The position numbers and the translations under genes were made by a program. The notes beneath the pieces are model-generated. The model worked only from the letters and a program-made list of their open reading frames with translations, ran no database searches and was not told the DNA's origin. A stretch of DNA of 64,000 nucleotides, from assembly GCA_012026655.1 (NCBI GenBank), contig JAAILG010000293.1, positions 1 through 64,000 on the forward strand, given 5' to 3'. Position 1 is the first letter of the stretch. Every line of letters starts with the position of its first letter. The stretch comes from Hydrolagus affinis (Eukaryota). This document shows, piece after piece, positions 12,495 to 24,711 of this stretch.

Positions 12495-13539
12495 TTCTCA
12501 GGGGTAATTTAGGGAATGGTTCAAGGCTGCTATTACATTCCTTTTCTCAGATTGTGAGTCTTGTACTTTACAAAACATTGCAATGCCAACATTCACTACT
12601 TCCTACAGCTAACTGGAATGAACATGTATAAAATCTTCAATTTAGCCATTTATTTGGCATGCAAATATGATTAGAAATATTCTGACTACTGGTACTGACT
12701 TATAAGATATACCTTGCTGCTCTTTATATTTCATTGCTCCTTATCGCCTATGTAGCTGATGTTAGTATTCAGATTTTCTTTATGAATAGATTACTGTTCC
12801 TCTCTAACGGCAGAGCAATCCTATTGGGTTACATGGCAAGTAAATAGAAACATAGGTTTGTGTTTTTTTCTAATCCAGTAAAGAGTTGTTTGTATGCTGT
12901 AGCCTTTCTAGAGAGGTGTGCTCAATAATAAATGACCAATAAATGATATTTTGCATTTGTTACAATTCTGTATCTATCCTTCTGTAATTTTCAGTATACA
13001 GAATAATAAATAGTATCAATGCAGCATTGATAGATTGGCCACTTTGAAGAGGTGGTTTGGCATCGATTCACAATGTTGCGGCATGAATATACTGTACAGT
13101 GTACAGATCAATTTGTTGAGAAATGGTCTCTTAAAAGTGTTTGAGTGGCTCAATAGTAACTCAACAACTTTAGAAGGACCTTTATTTTAAATATCATATG
13201 TCTGGCTCTTTCACACCATTTCACAACAAACAACCTGATATTTGAGTTTTCTTCCAGTTCATCAAATGAGAATGACAGAATAGAACATAATCCCAATTAT
13301 TCACAATAGTTTATTGGGTAAACGGTACAAGATTACTTATATCGTTTTCCATTTGGATATGGTGCCTTCTCACATGGTCAAAACATTTCAAAGCGCTTCA
13401 CAGATGGACCTGGAGGGGATCATGTATTTGCGTTTGACAGAGTAAGAATTGAAAACATAATCTTTATTGAAATCCACTTAAATTTCAATTGCACAAATTA
13501 TTTTGATCATCCGGAACACTGCAGTGTGTCCTCTTCCGC

Positions 13540-13757
13540 ACCAGCCTCCGTGACCCTATCCTCATCTTCAAAGCCCTCCATGGGCTTGCCCCACCGCTGT
13601 GACCACCTAACCCCCTATCAACCTGTCCATTCCCTCTGCTCTGTGGGCTCCCTGACCCATCTGCCCCTCCAGCTCAGGTCCAAAACACTGTTCAGAGCCT
13701 TGGAATGTCCTTCTGACGTGAAAGGCGCTACACAAATGTAATTTTGTTGTTGTTATT
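13540..13757 (+). mobile_element. L2 3' fragment with internal deletion and tail
   Basis: ILIFKALHGLAP motif, then tail GCCTTGGAATGTCCTTCTGACGTGAAAGGCGCTA..(GTT)n. Confidence 0.8.
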
Positions 13758-13758
13758 T

Positions 13759-14036
13759 TGCATCATGTAAAGCTCTTCTCAAAGTTATCTTAAACTCTCA
13801 AAGCGCTTCACAGAATATGCTCTAAAGTTAATAGACTGTACATATGTCAGCGAAACCCAGCAGCCGATTGCGCACAATAGTGTCCCACAATCAGTCGTGG
13901 ATTGAAATGACCGATTTATTATTGTTTTTTTTGGGCGGCAGGATTATTATTAGGCATGTGGAGTAAGGAAGCTTGGCCAAGGTTTCATCCTGCCTGGAAA
14001 TTCAACCCAAGTCTCTCGCTGCAAGACGAGTGCTCT
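13759..14036 (-). mobile_element. Young Deu-SINE, 5' end clipped
   Basis: Colinear with 1-341 (GGATTATTATTAGGCATGTGGAGTAAGGAA). Confidence 0.85.
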
Positions 14037-14200
14037 CCTGCTCATCCCTCACATCCTCCACCCCACAATCAGACATCGCACTTTCAGCCAAAACGCCCCA
14101 AACTCTGGAACGCTCTTCCTCAATTCACCTGGCTTGCCCCCTCTTTCCTCTTTATCAAATCCCGCCTGAAAACTTTCTTTTTCAACTGTGCTTTCTCTCC
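14037..14200 (+). mobile_element. L2 ORF2 C-terminal fragment
   Basis: PKLWNALPQFTWLAPSFLFIKSRLKTFFF in ORF 13956..14207. Confidence 0.8.
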
Positions 14201-15779
14201 CCCTTGAAAAGGAAGTATTACATTGATTGAATGTGAAGTGCACTTCAGTCTATTGGCTAATTTATCTTGACTAGCCATCTACATTACCGACTGAGTAGAA
14301 AGTGATTTCTTCTACAATCCTGGGATTATGCTTAGGTCTTAACTTCATTTACTAAAGCCAAATATTGTTTTAGAATAAGACTATGTTTAAAAGCTCTTTA
14401 GAAAATGAATAAGTGCAACAAGTGTGTATTCTTGTGCACTGCCTTGTTTGTGGATAAAGTTCAGACAGTATATTTGAATTACATTAATCTTTTTCCTCCA
14501 GTACAATTATTTACCTCACCAAAAGAAAGTATTATCAGATTGGTAATCAAAAACATGATTGATATTGCAGCAGACAAGCCCCTTTTTTGTTCCAGACATT
14601 CAAGAATGCAACTGTTTACATTTCCAATGTTCAGAATCTGCTTTGGTAGTAGAAACCTTTTAGTTGATATGTAAGACTTAATGCAGTATTTGGCTATATT
14701 AAAAGTTCTCCTCTGCACAATAGATTATAGAAATCTTAATTCAGTCTTCTCTCTAAATGTCTTTACATGAATATGTTTTGATTATCTCAACCCAGTTCTG
14801 CAGCTTCTACTGAGCTATTTTAGAAATATGATAACAGAATATCTGGAAATTATAACAAATGAGCATTTCCTACTTTTATTAGTTATTATTCATAATCTAA
14901 ACAACAAAATATAAACTAGTTAAAAAATGAAATGTTTTTCTTATCTTTCCACAGAAGACTTCCCAAGAAAGAATTCCTTAATTATTTATGAATGGACACC
15001 AGCATGTAAGATAAATGTCTTACAGTGAAGTATTCAAAATATGATTAATAGACTTTCATGCAAGCAAAAATCAGTTGGTTCTTAACAAGCTAATCCATAA
15101 AGATTACTCAAGTGTTCATACAAAATGGTCCCAACAAGATTAGATTTTCTGCCTAGAATACATAGTAATTAGATCCGATAAACCCTTTTAAAAATTCAAC
15201 ATTGAATAAGCATCATCTGCGGTATGTTTATTATTCCAGTTAATTCATTCAATTGCAGCCACACTGAACAGATTACATTTTAAAGCATGTAATATTTAGC
15301 TCTAGTATCAAGCAAAATTCATGCCCAAATCCTGCAAGAATCGTAGGATATTAGAACGTAGAACATTCAGGTGCAGCTGACTTCTAAATACTGCTGGTTA
15401 TTAAAATCAGAAAGGTAAAATGTATAACTCAAAATGGGTTGGATAAATTAAAAGAGGCACTCATTTCCATGACAGTCCAAAAGAAGCAGGAAAGAACTTT
15501 GGGGAAATTTTGTGTTGGCACCTACTGAGAGTAACTGCATTTTGCCTCTTTGCCCAAACTAACCATTAGATTAGTTCTTGATATGGACACATTTAGTGCC
15601 TGTTGGAAACTAGAACATAACCTAATGTCTCTAGAAATGTACAGAAATGTGGTTCAGAGAGATTTGTTACATTGGCAAATGCATCTTTCTCTGATCTTAC
15701 ACAAAAAAGCAGCCCTAGAGAAAGATAAGTTCTCATCTGATGGCCCTCAAGTAACAGCAGACATCGGTAATTTACAAAG

Positions 15780-16285
15780 AACAAACAACACAGAAACAAG
15801 ACATTTGGCCCAATCCGTCTGTGCTGGTGTTTACACTCCACACTGTAAGAATACAGTAAAACAGTGCCCTCCCATCCACCTTATGTGAAGGTTTAGCTTC
15901 CTCTTGAATGCTATTTCGTTCAACCACCACCTCAGGCAGAAAGTTACGTGGAGTCCTGTAGCTTAGTGGTTAGAGCACTCACCTTGCAAGTGAGAGACTT
16001 GTGTTTGATTCCTGGCAGGGCAAAAGCTTGGGCAAGTTTCCTAACTCTGCACACCTGATCACAATCGCTCCAAAAATAATAATAAATTGGTCATTCAATC
16101 CATGACATTGTGAGGGACACTGAGCTGTGCATAGTGTCTTGCCATATTTCGCTCACAAATATACAGTCAATTCACTTTACAGTATATTCTGTGAAATGTT
16201 TTGAGACATCTAAAAGATCTGAAAAGCACTATATCAAATGTAGGATTATTATTATTATTCCACAGTCTCATTATCCTTTGAGCTT
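15780..16285 (-). mobile_element. CR1 3' end interrupted by a SINE
   Basis: CR1 tail (ACAGAAACAAGACATTTGGCCCAA..GTCTGTGCTGGTG) and CTTCCTCTTGAATGC..GGCAGAAAGTT|SINE|CCACAGTCTC. Confidence 0.6.
15950..16259 (+). mobile_element. Young Deu-SINE, full length
   Basis: GGAGTCCTGTAGCTTAGTGGTTAGAGCACTC head, Deu core, (ATT)n tail. Confidence 0.9.
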
Positions 16286-17338
16286 CTCATGTGACTATAG
16301 TTGGTAATTCTGCAATCAGTGCCATGTAAATCTGTTGCAATGGAACTTTAGTTATGATCTCTCAAGACATAGAGGCAGCAGAAATGAGATGACGTTGCTC
16401 AGAAAGGAATCCTGCCTGTGGCTGAGTGTGAAGATTGGTGTGCAGAAAATTGAAACCACAATGTCGCACTATGCCAAGAAAGCATTAGATATGAGCACTC
16501 AATAAGCATTCAAGAGGAAACAACCACTAGGTGTGGCACACATCTGAGGATGAATGAAGGAAATACATGCCCAAGCATCAGACAATAAAATGGTGGTGTG
16601 TAGTTTCTCTTTTAATTCAAATATATGAGGTACATTAGTGTTATTGCCATGCACAGTAATAATCAGGAAGGTTATTACACAAGAAAAGTGAATAACCTAG
16701 AACTGCTATAAAATCTTGTTAATAGAAGACCACTAATTAATAATCCACTGATGATGTTGAATTCTAATTATCATGTTCTTATTTGACTGAAGGAAAATAA
16801 ATAGCATCTTTGACATCTTTTTTGATGTAAAGTTCCACAATAAACTTTTTATCAATGCAATTAATGTCTTTCCCTCATCAGCTCATAAAGCCTGACAAAG
16901 TAGCGACAGTTGAACTGTCATGAGGAGTTCCATAACTTTTTAATGATGCAGGTTGATCGAATAGACTGATCCTAATTCTTATATTTTAATAGTGCTTTTG
17001 CAGTATGTGACTAGCTTGCAGAAGCAGCTCATTTCATTTCATCACAAGCTTTCTCGCATTTCATCAAATAACTGCAGTGACAGTCTTGATCACTGAAGCA
17101 AATTAAGATTTGGAAAGGTTGTGTCTGGTTGCAATTTTGACACAGAATGTTAACATACTTTGTTCACTTCCATTACTATAATGGTTCTGTGCAAAACAAG
17201 TACCTCTCAGTCAAACCCAATATAAATTATTCCTGGGTTTTGAAGATACATTAATAGAATGAAACCCTTCCCTTACCAACAGTCCACTGTTTGGGACACA
17301 AGAAGAAATACTGTAATTGGATTAGAATTCTTCATAAA

Positions 17339-17751
17339 TATCCTTGCTTTTGATGTAGCACTGTATTAAGTCATCAAGACATCTTGTAGCGCTTCATAGG
17401 ATATACTGAAAAGTGATGTGATTGTGTATTTTGTGATGAACACGGCAGCCAATTTGCGCACAGCAATATCCTACAAACAGTCAGTTTTGTTTGGGGGATT
17501 GTTGATTAGGACATTGCAAGAAACTCCCTTCTCTTTTCGAATAGTGCCCCGGAGTTCTTTAATGTTCACTTGGACAGGCAGGTGGAAGCCTGATGTAAAA
17601 TCTCACCCAAAGGCCAGCACCACTGACAATGCAGCACACCTGATCAATACATTTGAGCGTCATTATATCTACTTGGGTTAACAAGATGGGCTTGAACCCA
17701 CAAGTGATTCTGAGTTAGAGGCGAGAATGCTACCAATTGAGCCAGGCTGAC
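17339..17751 (-). mobile_element. Older Deu-SINE, near full length (~410 bp)
   Basis: tRNA-like head at 17690-17751, Deu core ACGGCAGCCAATTTGCGCACAGCAA, TTCGAATAGTGCC, and SINE-type tail. Confidence 0.8.
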
Positions 17752-18204
17752 ATAAGCTGAACCAGGGTGACACACCCATTGGATGGATATAGCTTGATTA
17801 AAGAAAAATTGAATAAACACCCTCTCCGAACAGGTAACACTGCATATAAAGGTGAATTAAAAATCTACAGTTCATCATTGTAGAATGATGAACTACATTC
17901 ATGTATTATGTATTATGATGAATACAGTTCATCATTCATGGGATTCATGCTGTGTAACCTATCTGTTGTTATTTCAGAAGCCTCAAGTCATGCACATTAC
18001 TGCATGGTATCTATTACTGGAAGTGACTTAAACCATCCAATAACACCCAATTGAAGAAACTATATGAAGTTCCCAACATAACAAGCAGAACTCACATTAT
18101 CTTTAAAAATATTAATGGTTGCGGTGTGGAACAAAGGGAAGATAACATTGAATGAAACTAAGCAGGAAACCTTGTTTCTATGAACATGTATTAAAAACGT
18201 ATGT

Positions 18205-18672
18205 AAGCCAATGTTAGGATGTATAGCCAGAGGTACACAGCATAAATCCTAGGAACTAATTGTCAGCTTTTGATTTTTTTGTAAGACGAGGTTGAGTGCC
18301 AATATGATTACAGTCTTTACAATTCTGAAGGACCATATAATGTAGACCATGATAAGTTGTTTGAATCTTGTACTGAACAGGAGAACCAAAGGATATGGCC
18401 TGCAATTGAAGGGGGATAAATTCAGAACAAATCTGCGGAAACTTCAGTGAGCGAATAGTAAATGTATCAAACATACTCCCTGGGAAGATGGTGGAAGCAG
18501 AAAGTGTTGTTTGTTTCAAGAATAAATCAGATAGATTTCTGCTGGAAAATATTATCTCAGGATGCAGTAAATAGTTTGGGACATGACATGTCAAGTGACT
18601 GTCAAGATGGTAGAAGGCAAACTAGATGGACCTTAGTTTTCCTTCGCCAAGCAAATTCTTATGTTCTTGTGA
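18205..18672 (+). mobile_element. CR1 ORF2 C-terminus and 3'UTR (decayed)
   Basis: ATGTTAGGATGTATAGCCAGAGGT (MLGCIARG), later GTTTCAAGAATAAATCAGATAGATTTC and tail CTAGATGGACC..TTCTTATGTTCTTGTG. Confidence 0.7.
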
Positions 18673-19391
18673 TGGTTTGTTAGATGCAAAATTAGTCCAG
18701 ACTGACCTGGAATAATGCGTACAATAATGTGTACAATGTATAAAGGTAATCCTGGGTCACAGATGTTACAATGGAAAGCAACTAAATTGAGGTGAGGCAT
18801 CTGAGCCACATGGAGAGGAGTCAACAGAATTACGAATATTAATCCAGAATAAAGTCCCGATGGAGATCTTATTGAAATGTTCAAGATTCCAATTCACATC
18901 ACATCATCAGTTGTAAAAAAAACACCTGATTGATATTCTGCAAATAATTTCAACTGAGCACAAGTGACTGACTGCAAAATGGAGTGCTTGTTTTTTTCAT
19001 GTTATCAAAGTGCATCTCGCATGATTTGCACTTCAACAGCATTAAAAAACAATCAGTTTCCAGATAATTTAATGTAACATCCGAGAACTTTCATTGAACG
19101 ATGTGGAGAGCAAATCCAGTGTGATTCACGTACCCATGGTTATGCTGCCATCAGAGCCACACAGGGTGTGAGGAGGAGGGCAGCAGCATGTTTTTCACTG
19201 GTTCAACTTAAAATACAATCTAAAAAACAAAGTACAGTATTGTAAGATATTCATTGAGTTTTTTTTAGGGCCGCACCATGCAATGGAAGAGATGAGAGGA
19301 TTTAAACTTAATGTAAATGTTGGAAAAGGGTTAGAAAATGTTCTCAAAAAGGAGACTCCAAATAAAACTCAAAGAATATCATATAATACTT

Positions 19392-19704
19392 GGCAGCATC
19401 TATGGAGAAAGGAAAAATCAATCAATGCTTTAGGTCCACGATCCTTCATCAGAATTGAGTGTTATATTGATATACAGTATATTGATATATTGATATATTC
19501 AGAGATAAGGATGACTGGGAGTGGAAGTTTGTCTCCAGGATTGATACTTTACTGCCAAAAGGACCCTTCAGTTCTGCCGAAGGGTCATGGACCTGAAACG
19601 TTGACTCACTTTTCCTTTCTCCATAGATGCTGCCTGACCTGCTGAGTGTTCCCAGCGATTTCTGTTTTTGTTTCCAGCATCTGCAGTATTTTGCAGTTTT
19701 GATT
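19392..19704 (+). mobile_element. Truncated Penelope-like element with inverted pseudo-LTR arms, two hammerhead-like motifs and an 11-bp TSD
   Basis: Arms 19392-19458 (-) and 19569-19704 (+) are reverse complements over ~65 bp; ATATAATACTT at 19381-19391 and 19705-19715; spacer encodes EWKFVSRIDTLLPKG. Confidence 0.75.
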
Positions 19705-19856
19705 ATATAATACTTTGTCTTTTAGATTTTAATGCAAGTTGAGCCAGTGAAAAGCATGTTGGAGCTCTGCTAAAATGTTTAAGACAATGCTGCTTCCATA
19801 CTATACCTTCAATACCTTGAACCAAGATTAAAACCAACTCTGCATCTATGGAATAT

Positions 19857-20083
19857 CCCTCCGTCTCGTTTCTTCCCTTTCCTCTTTCAAGGCCGGTTTG
19901 AAGACTTTCCTCTTCGACCATGCCTTTTGTTCCACCCCGAATTCTTCGACCTCCCCTTCGTGTTTCACCCCCGCCCAAACACTCCCCCACCAGCTCGGGT
20001 CACATGCCTCCTGTGCAGCGCCTTGGGACGTCCTCCCGACGTGAAAGGTGCTCTATAAATGTAATTTGTTGTTGTTGTTGTTG
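19857..20083 (+). mobile_element. L2 3' end
   Basis: FKAGLKTFLFDHAF, C-rich 3'UTR, tail AGCGCCTTGGGACGTCCTCCCGACGTGAAAGGTGCT..(GTT)n. Confidence 0.85.
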
Positions 20084-20130
20084 CATCTGTGTGCAGAGCA
20101 CCATTTTGTGTAAATTTTGAACTATTTGAA

Positions 20131-20746
20131 ATTCACTCTCAGGAGTCAAAAATATCATATGGTGCAAAACATATGATGGTTCATAACTGAATTGATGTGG
20201 AAAGATAAGATTCTGTACCCAAGGATAAAAATTCCCATCAATTATTCATTTTCTTTTCCAGCAATTCAAATTGAACATTCCCAATAGTCGAATAATATTT
20301 ATGTTTACATGTAATTTAAAAGCTGAATTCTGATGAGGAATCCTGAAAAGTTTTGTGAAAGTTTCTTTTTCTGATGTTGATCAAGCTGTGTTTTTCCACT
20401 ATTTTGGTTTTTAAACTGGAATATAAAATGGCACAAATTGAATGGCTCAATGTTACTTCCTAAATTATGGAATAAAAGTTCTTAATATATTTTTATATCT
20501 CAATAACTGCATAAAAGCTACTGAAGTACCTATAGTAAAAATGTATCCATCCAAATATGGGTAGATAGAGGAAAAACATTCTGAAAGTTAAAACCCACCA
20601 AAGTGGAACAATGCGGCTTTAAAGTGAATCAGGTCTATAATGCTTTTCCAATTGAGGATCTGAATTTTTAAATTTTTTAAAATAAATTTAATTATTTCAA
20701 TTATATGTTTTGCACCATATGATATTTTTTATTCCTGAGAGTGAAT
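20131..20746. repeat. 44-bp inverted repeat pair (MITE-like or local inverted duplication)
   Basis: 20131-20174 and 20703-20746 are reverse complements at 42/44 positions. Confidence 0.85.
20325..20415 (+). mobile_element. Decayed PLE pseudo-LTR fragment
   Basis: TTCTGATGAGGAATCCTGAAA..TCTGATGTTGATCAAGCTGTGTTTTTCCACTATTTTGGTTTTTA is colinear with 19573-19670. Confidence 0.5.
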
Positions 20747-20991
20747 AAAATAAAAAATTCTGTTCATCAATTTGAATTCATTATTATTGTTTTTCTTCAA
20801 CCTTAAAAACTACCCTGTATAATTATTTATTCATATGACAGTCAGCTTTTAGGATTTTTAAAGTAATGGTACAGAGCCACTGATAAGATTATAGGCATTT
20901 CTTGTTTGAAATTTTAACTCATACAAACATTTAGAGTCAGTAAACTCATTCTCCCAAATCCAATGTGCTACTAATAGTGTAGGATATCCCA

Positions 20992-21213
20992 CAGTCCCTC
21001 CACCTTGGCCCCTCCCTGGCATCCTTCAAGTCTTGCCTCAAGACTCTCCTCTTCGAAGGACTCATCGACAACAACTAATCCCCCCCTTCCCTTCCCCACC
21101 CCACCCCGTCCCCATCCTCAGCTCAGGTCTGAAGCAATGACTGTCCAGCACCTTGGGACGTCCTCCCAACGTGAAAGGCGGTATACAAAGTGTAATTTTG
21201 TTCTTGTTGTTGT
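20992..21213 (+). mobile_element. L2 3' end
   Basis: SLHLGPSLASFKSCLKTLLF, C-rich UTR, L2 tail stem-loop and (GTT)n. Confidence 0.85.
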
Positions 21214-24200
21214 AGGTTTGAAATGTGTCTTTTATAAACCTGTGAAGTCAAGATCTCTTACGGCAAACACAGGTGAGTGGATGATCACTAGTTGTAAACC
21301 CAACAGAGTTAAGAAACAGAATTAAATGACAATATCCACTCATTTTCCAAATGTGAGATGAAGTCATTTGCAGAAGCAATGAAATGTTTGTATAAGCAAT
21401 TCAATTTCCTTTCTGTTAAAATATATCATTCTTGTTTTGACAGCAAGATAAGCTACTTTTATTGCAGTGAATGTTATTTAATATGTAAGATGATGTATAA
21501 TATGTCTAATTCCTGATTCATTTTGTAATAAGGCAACATTACAATTCAGCATCCTTGGCATATATTTGAAAAGGGTTTCACAACATTATTTTTTACAAGT
21601 TGACTGATATATAATATTTGTATTATTGAAGACATGGATCTGTAAAATAAAGTTTCGGCTTAAGGCTTCTGCGTATTAACCCATTACTGAACTGGAAATG
21701 TATTTGTGTGATAAAAATTTTTTTAAAGTACGGGTACTATGTTTGTTTGAAGCATATTAACTTGGAACTAGGAAGAGAAAAGAATTCAAATTACTAGTTA
21801 GATTTGAAATGACTAAAATTGGGCTTCCATCACTAGCAATTCACAAATTGAAAAAAATATCAATTTTTTCCGAGCTCTACAGAACTATTTATTGTTTTTG
21901 GAATGGGAGCCAAATGCATAGATCAATTGAGCCTATTCAGATTTACACATGCAATTTCCTTATACTATACCTATATAGTATATACGAAGACCCACCACTG
22001 GATAGCTAGCTCATCAGTGATTCTGACTGTGTTGTTGCATACTTATTAGGGAAGTTGTTGGTGGCACTTCAATGTTAAAAGATAGTTGGTTTGAGCAGAA
22101 TCTAGCTTTTTGTGCTCCCCACCTGCAGCCTGACCTCATTTCTAAACCGTGTGTGGTAGTCACAGATGTAATGCATTTATATATGCACACATAACTTCAG
22201 ATGATCTTGCCCCATGTCATTTCAGTGCATCACTCCATTAAAATGGATGTACAAAGAGTTCCCCTGTGGAGCTCTGTAGTCATGAATATAATAAGAAGCA
22301 ATGGTGCAAATAAAAATCAAATTGCAAGTAATTGATGTAGGGGTACAATTAGATTCCTTATCTTGTGAGACCTCGCCACTCTTCAGATAAAAGCACCCTC
22401 CCGATGCCATTTAATAATAAAAAGAGGTGTTCCATAGGCTTCCAATTGTTCCCAAAGGTTCTCAATGGACTGTCTAGCTCTCCTCCTCATTCATTTCCAC
22501 ACACTCACTTAAGAGAAGGAAGGGCTGTTTTACTCTGCCTTAGAAGCTCTGAGGCAGAACTTTTCTTGCTCACTTAATTATTTTGCCTTTCTTAGAAAAA
22601 ATATGCTATGAGACTCAATCAAGTCATGTATCAGGCAGCAATATATCAAATACACTGCACTGCTTAGTGATGAAGCAAGACTTAAACACATGACCTCTAC
22701 AGTTCTAATGTAGGCCAAACTATCAGAAGGAGTCAGTAAGTAAAGACTGGTATATTCTCTAAGGGAAGAGAAACAAGAATAGGCCACCTGAACTACTCTA
22801 ATACATCTCCCAGCAGCTTTAACAAAGAACTATGTGAAGATATCTACGGCTGTTGTTTGAAGGAACAGTGGAGGTCACAAGGAGACTTCAAGGGAAATTT
22901 ATTTTATGAAAAAGGAGGGTAGTAATGAAACACAATCTGTAGTTTAGAAAGTAAAGTTGTGCCAGTTTACAGTTAATGCACTTTTCTTCCATCCAGGCTT
23001 CTGCTCAAGTACCAGATGACCAAATGATTTGTTCCAAAATGTTTCAAACCAGATGCCTGTCTAACCCTATGTACTTCATTTTATTTCCTTTTATATTTGG
23101 AGGGAAAACAAATGTTTCAAGAGGGAATTATGGAAATTGCGCATTCAAAGGGACCCAACCAAAATTTAACCAAACAACATCCAAATTTGGAGGTCATCCA
23201 TCACAATTTGAACTCATCAGTATTCAGTTAGACCATGTGTACAATTGTCAGACTTTTCCCCCCAAGTACCTACATCAACTAAGCACCATCTTCAATGTCT
23301 TTAATGTTATAGTTTAGGGGGATTGTCATGCTTAATTATGCCATTTGTCATGTAACTGCTAAATGACTCTTTGTAGCTTCAATTTATTTTATTGTGCTAA
23401 TCTTCTAATCAGAAGGCATCACCCCAGATTGAGTTTTGTCAAAATAAATTCTCCCTATACATTAGAAATATGTCAGTCTTTACATTGCATCTTTCTAACA
23501 GGAAATGGAAGAAAAGATTAGCAGTTGTCAGGTGATAGACTTTGCTTTATGAGCGACATTAATGGAATAGAATTCGTCAAGGGAGAAACTGAGAGAGATT
23601 CACTCACCATGTCAAAACAGTGGGAGACAACAAGGCATGTATGATGTTGGCAATGTTGCCAAATCAATTGGCTCAAGCCATACAGTACTCTGTCAGTCAG
23701 ACTACTGTGTACACACTTACTGCAACAAGATAAGGAGGCTACTCAGGCCCTGGAGGCCGTTCAATGAAAATGCTACACATGATTAAATTATGTGCTCGCT
23801 TTAAATCAGAATTTTAAATATCTTAGCTTCTGTTAATCATCAATAAGTAAGCTAGAATTATTTACTGTACACACCATGCTTTACAAACAAAGACAATTTT
23901 CAGACAATTGAACAAGGATTGTATAGGAAAATAATAGCTTTTGAAACATAATTTAGGATGACCATCAATAGTGATTACTACTGTTGTTCCATGCCATATC
24001 ATTCCTCATCCCTTTTCATCTGTTATTGGAGACAAATATAAACCAATGCATAATGAAGGTAGTTGAGGCATACTTTTATGCATCTTGCTGGGTAATAAAG
24101 TGGATTATTCTTAAAACATAAGCAATTTCAAGATACTAAAGTTGGTGCTTTTAGAGTACTTGTCATGTCCAATTGAGATTAGGAATCATATATAAATTGA

Positions 24201-24436
24201 AGTTAAATGCATGATGTTGCCCAAAACTATTTCCAACGTCCATTAAAGAAAATATTTATAGCAATTTTCTAGTTAGCTGCTCTTAGAAGTAAAGTTTGCC
24301 ATCAGTACACATCATATCACAAATCTAATAAATTACACACAATTGCCAAAATTTATTATGGCAAAAGAATGTTTTCTGTGTGCATCTTTGCATATTCTAT
24401 GGATATTGCAATAATAAAATACCTTAGATTTGATTT

Positions 24437-24703
24437 CTCGCCTTACAAGACTGAGACCTTGGTTCAATTCCTGGCAGGGCGAAATCTTGGACAAGTTTCC
24501 TTACTCCACACGCCTAATAATAATCCCTAAAAAAAAAAAAATTGTTATTTCAATCCAAGAATGTTTGTGGGACATTGCTGTGCGCAATTGGCTGCCGTGC
24601 TTCGCCCATATATATACAGTCAATTCACTTTACAGTATATTCTGTGAAGCACTTTGAGATATGAAAATCACTATATCAAATGCAAGGATTATTATTATTA
24701 TTA
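24437..24703 (+). mobile_element. Young Deu-SINE, 5' truncated
   Basis: Starts in the anticodon arm; box B GGTTCAATTCC, Deu core, (ATT)n. Confidence 0.9.
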
Positions 24704-24711
24704 AAGGATTT

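Noticed and set aside
23502-23531. Possible 30-nt exon EMEEKISSCQ (tttctaacag|...cag|gtgata)
   Set aside because: Too short, weak donor and no recognisable homology; expected by chance.
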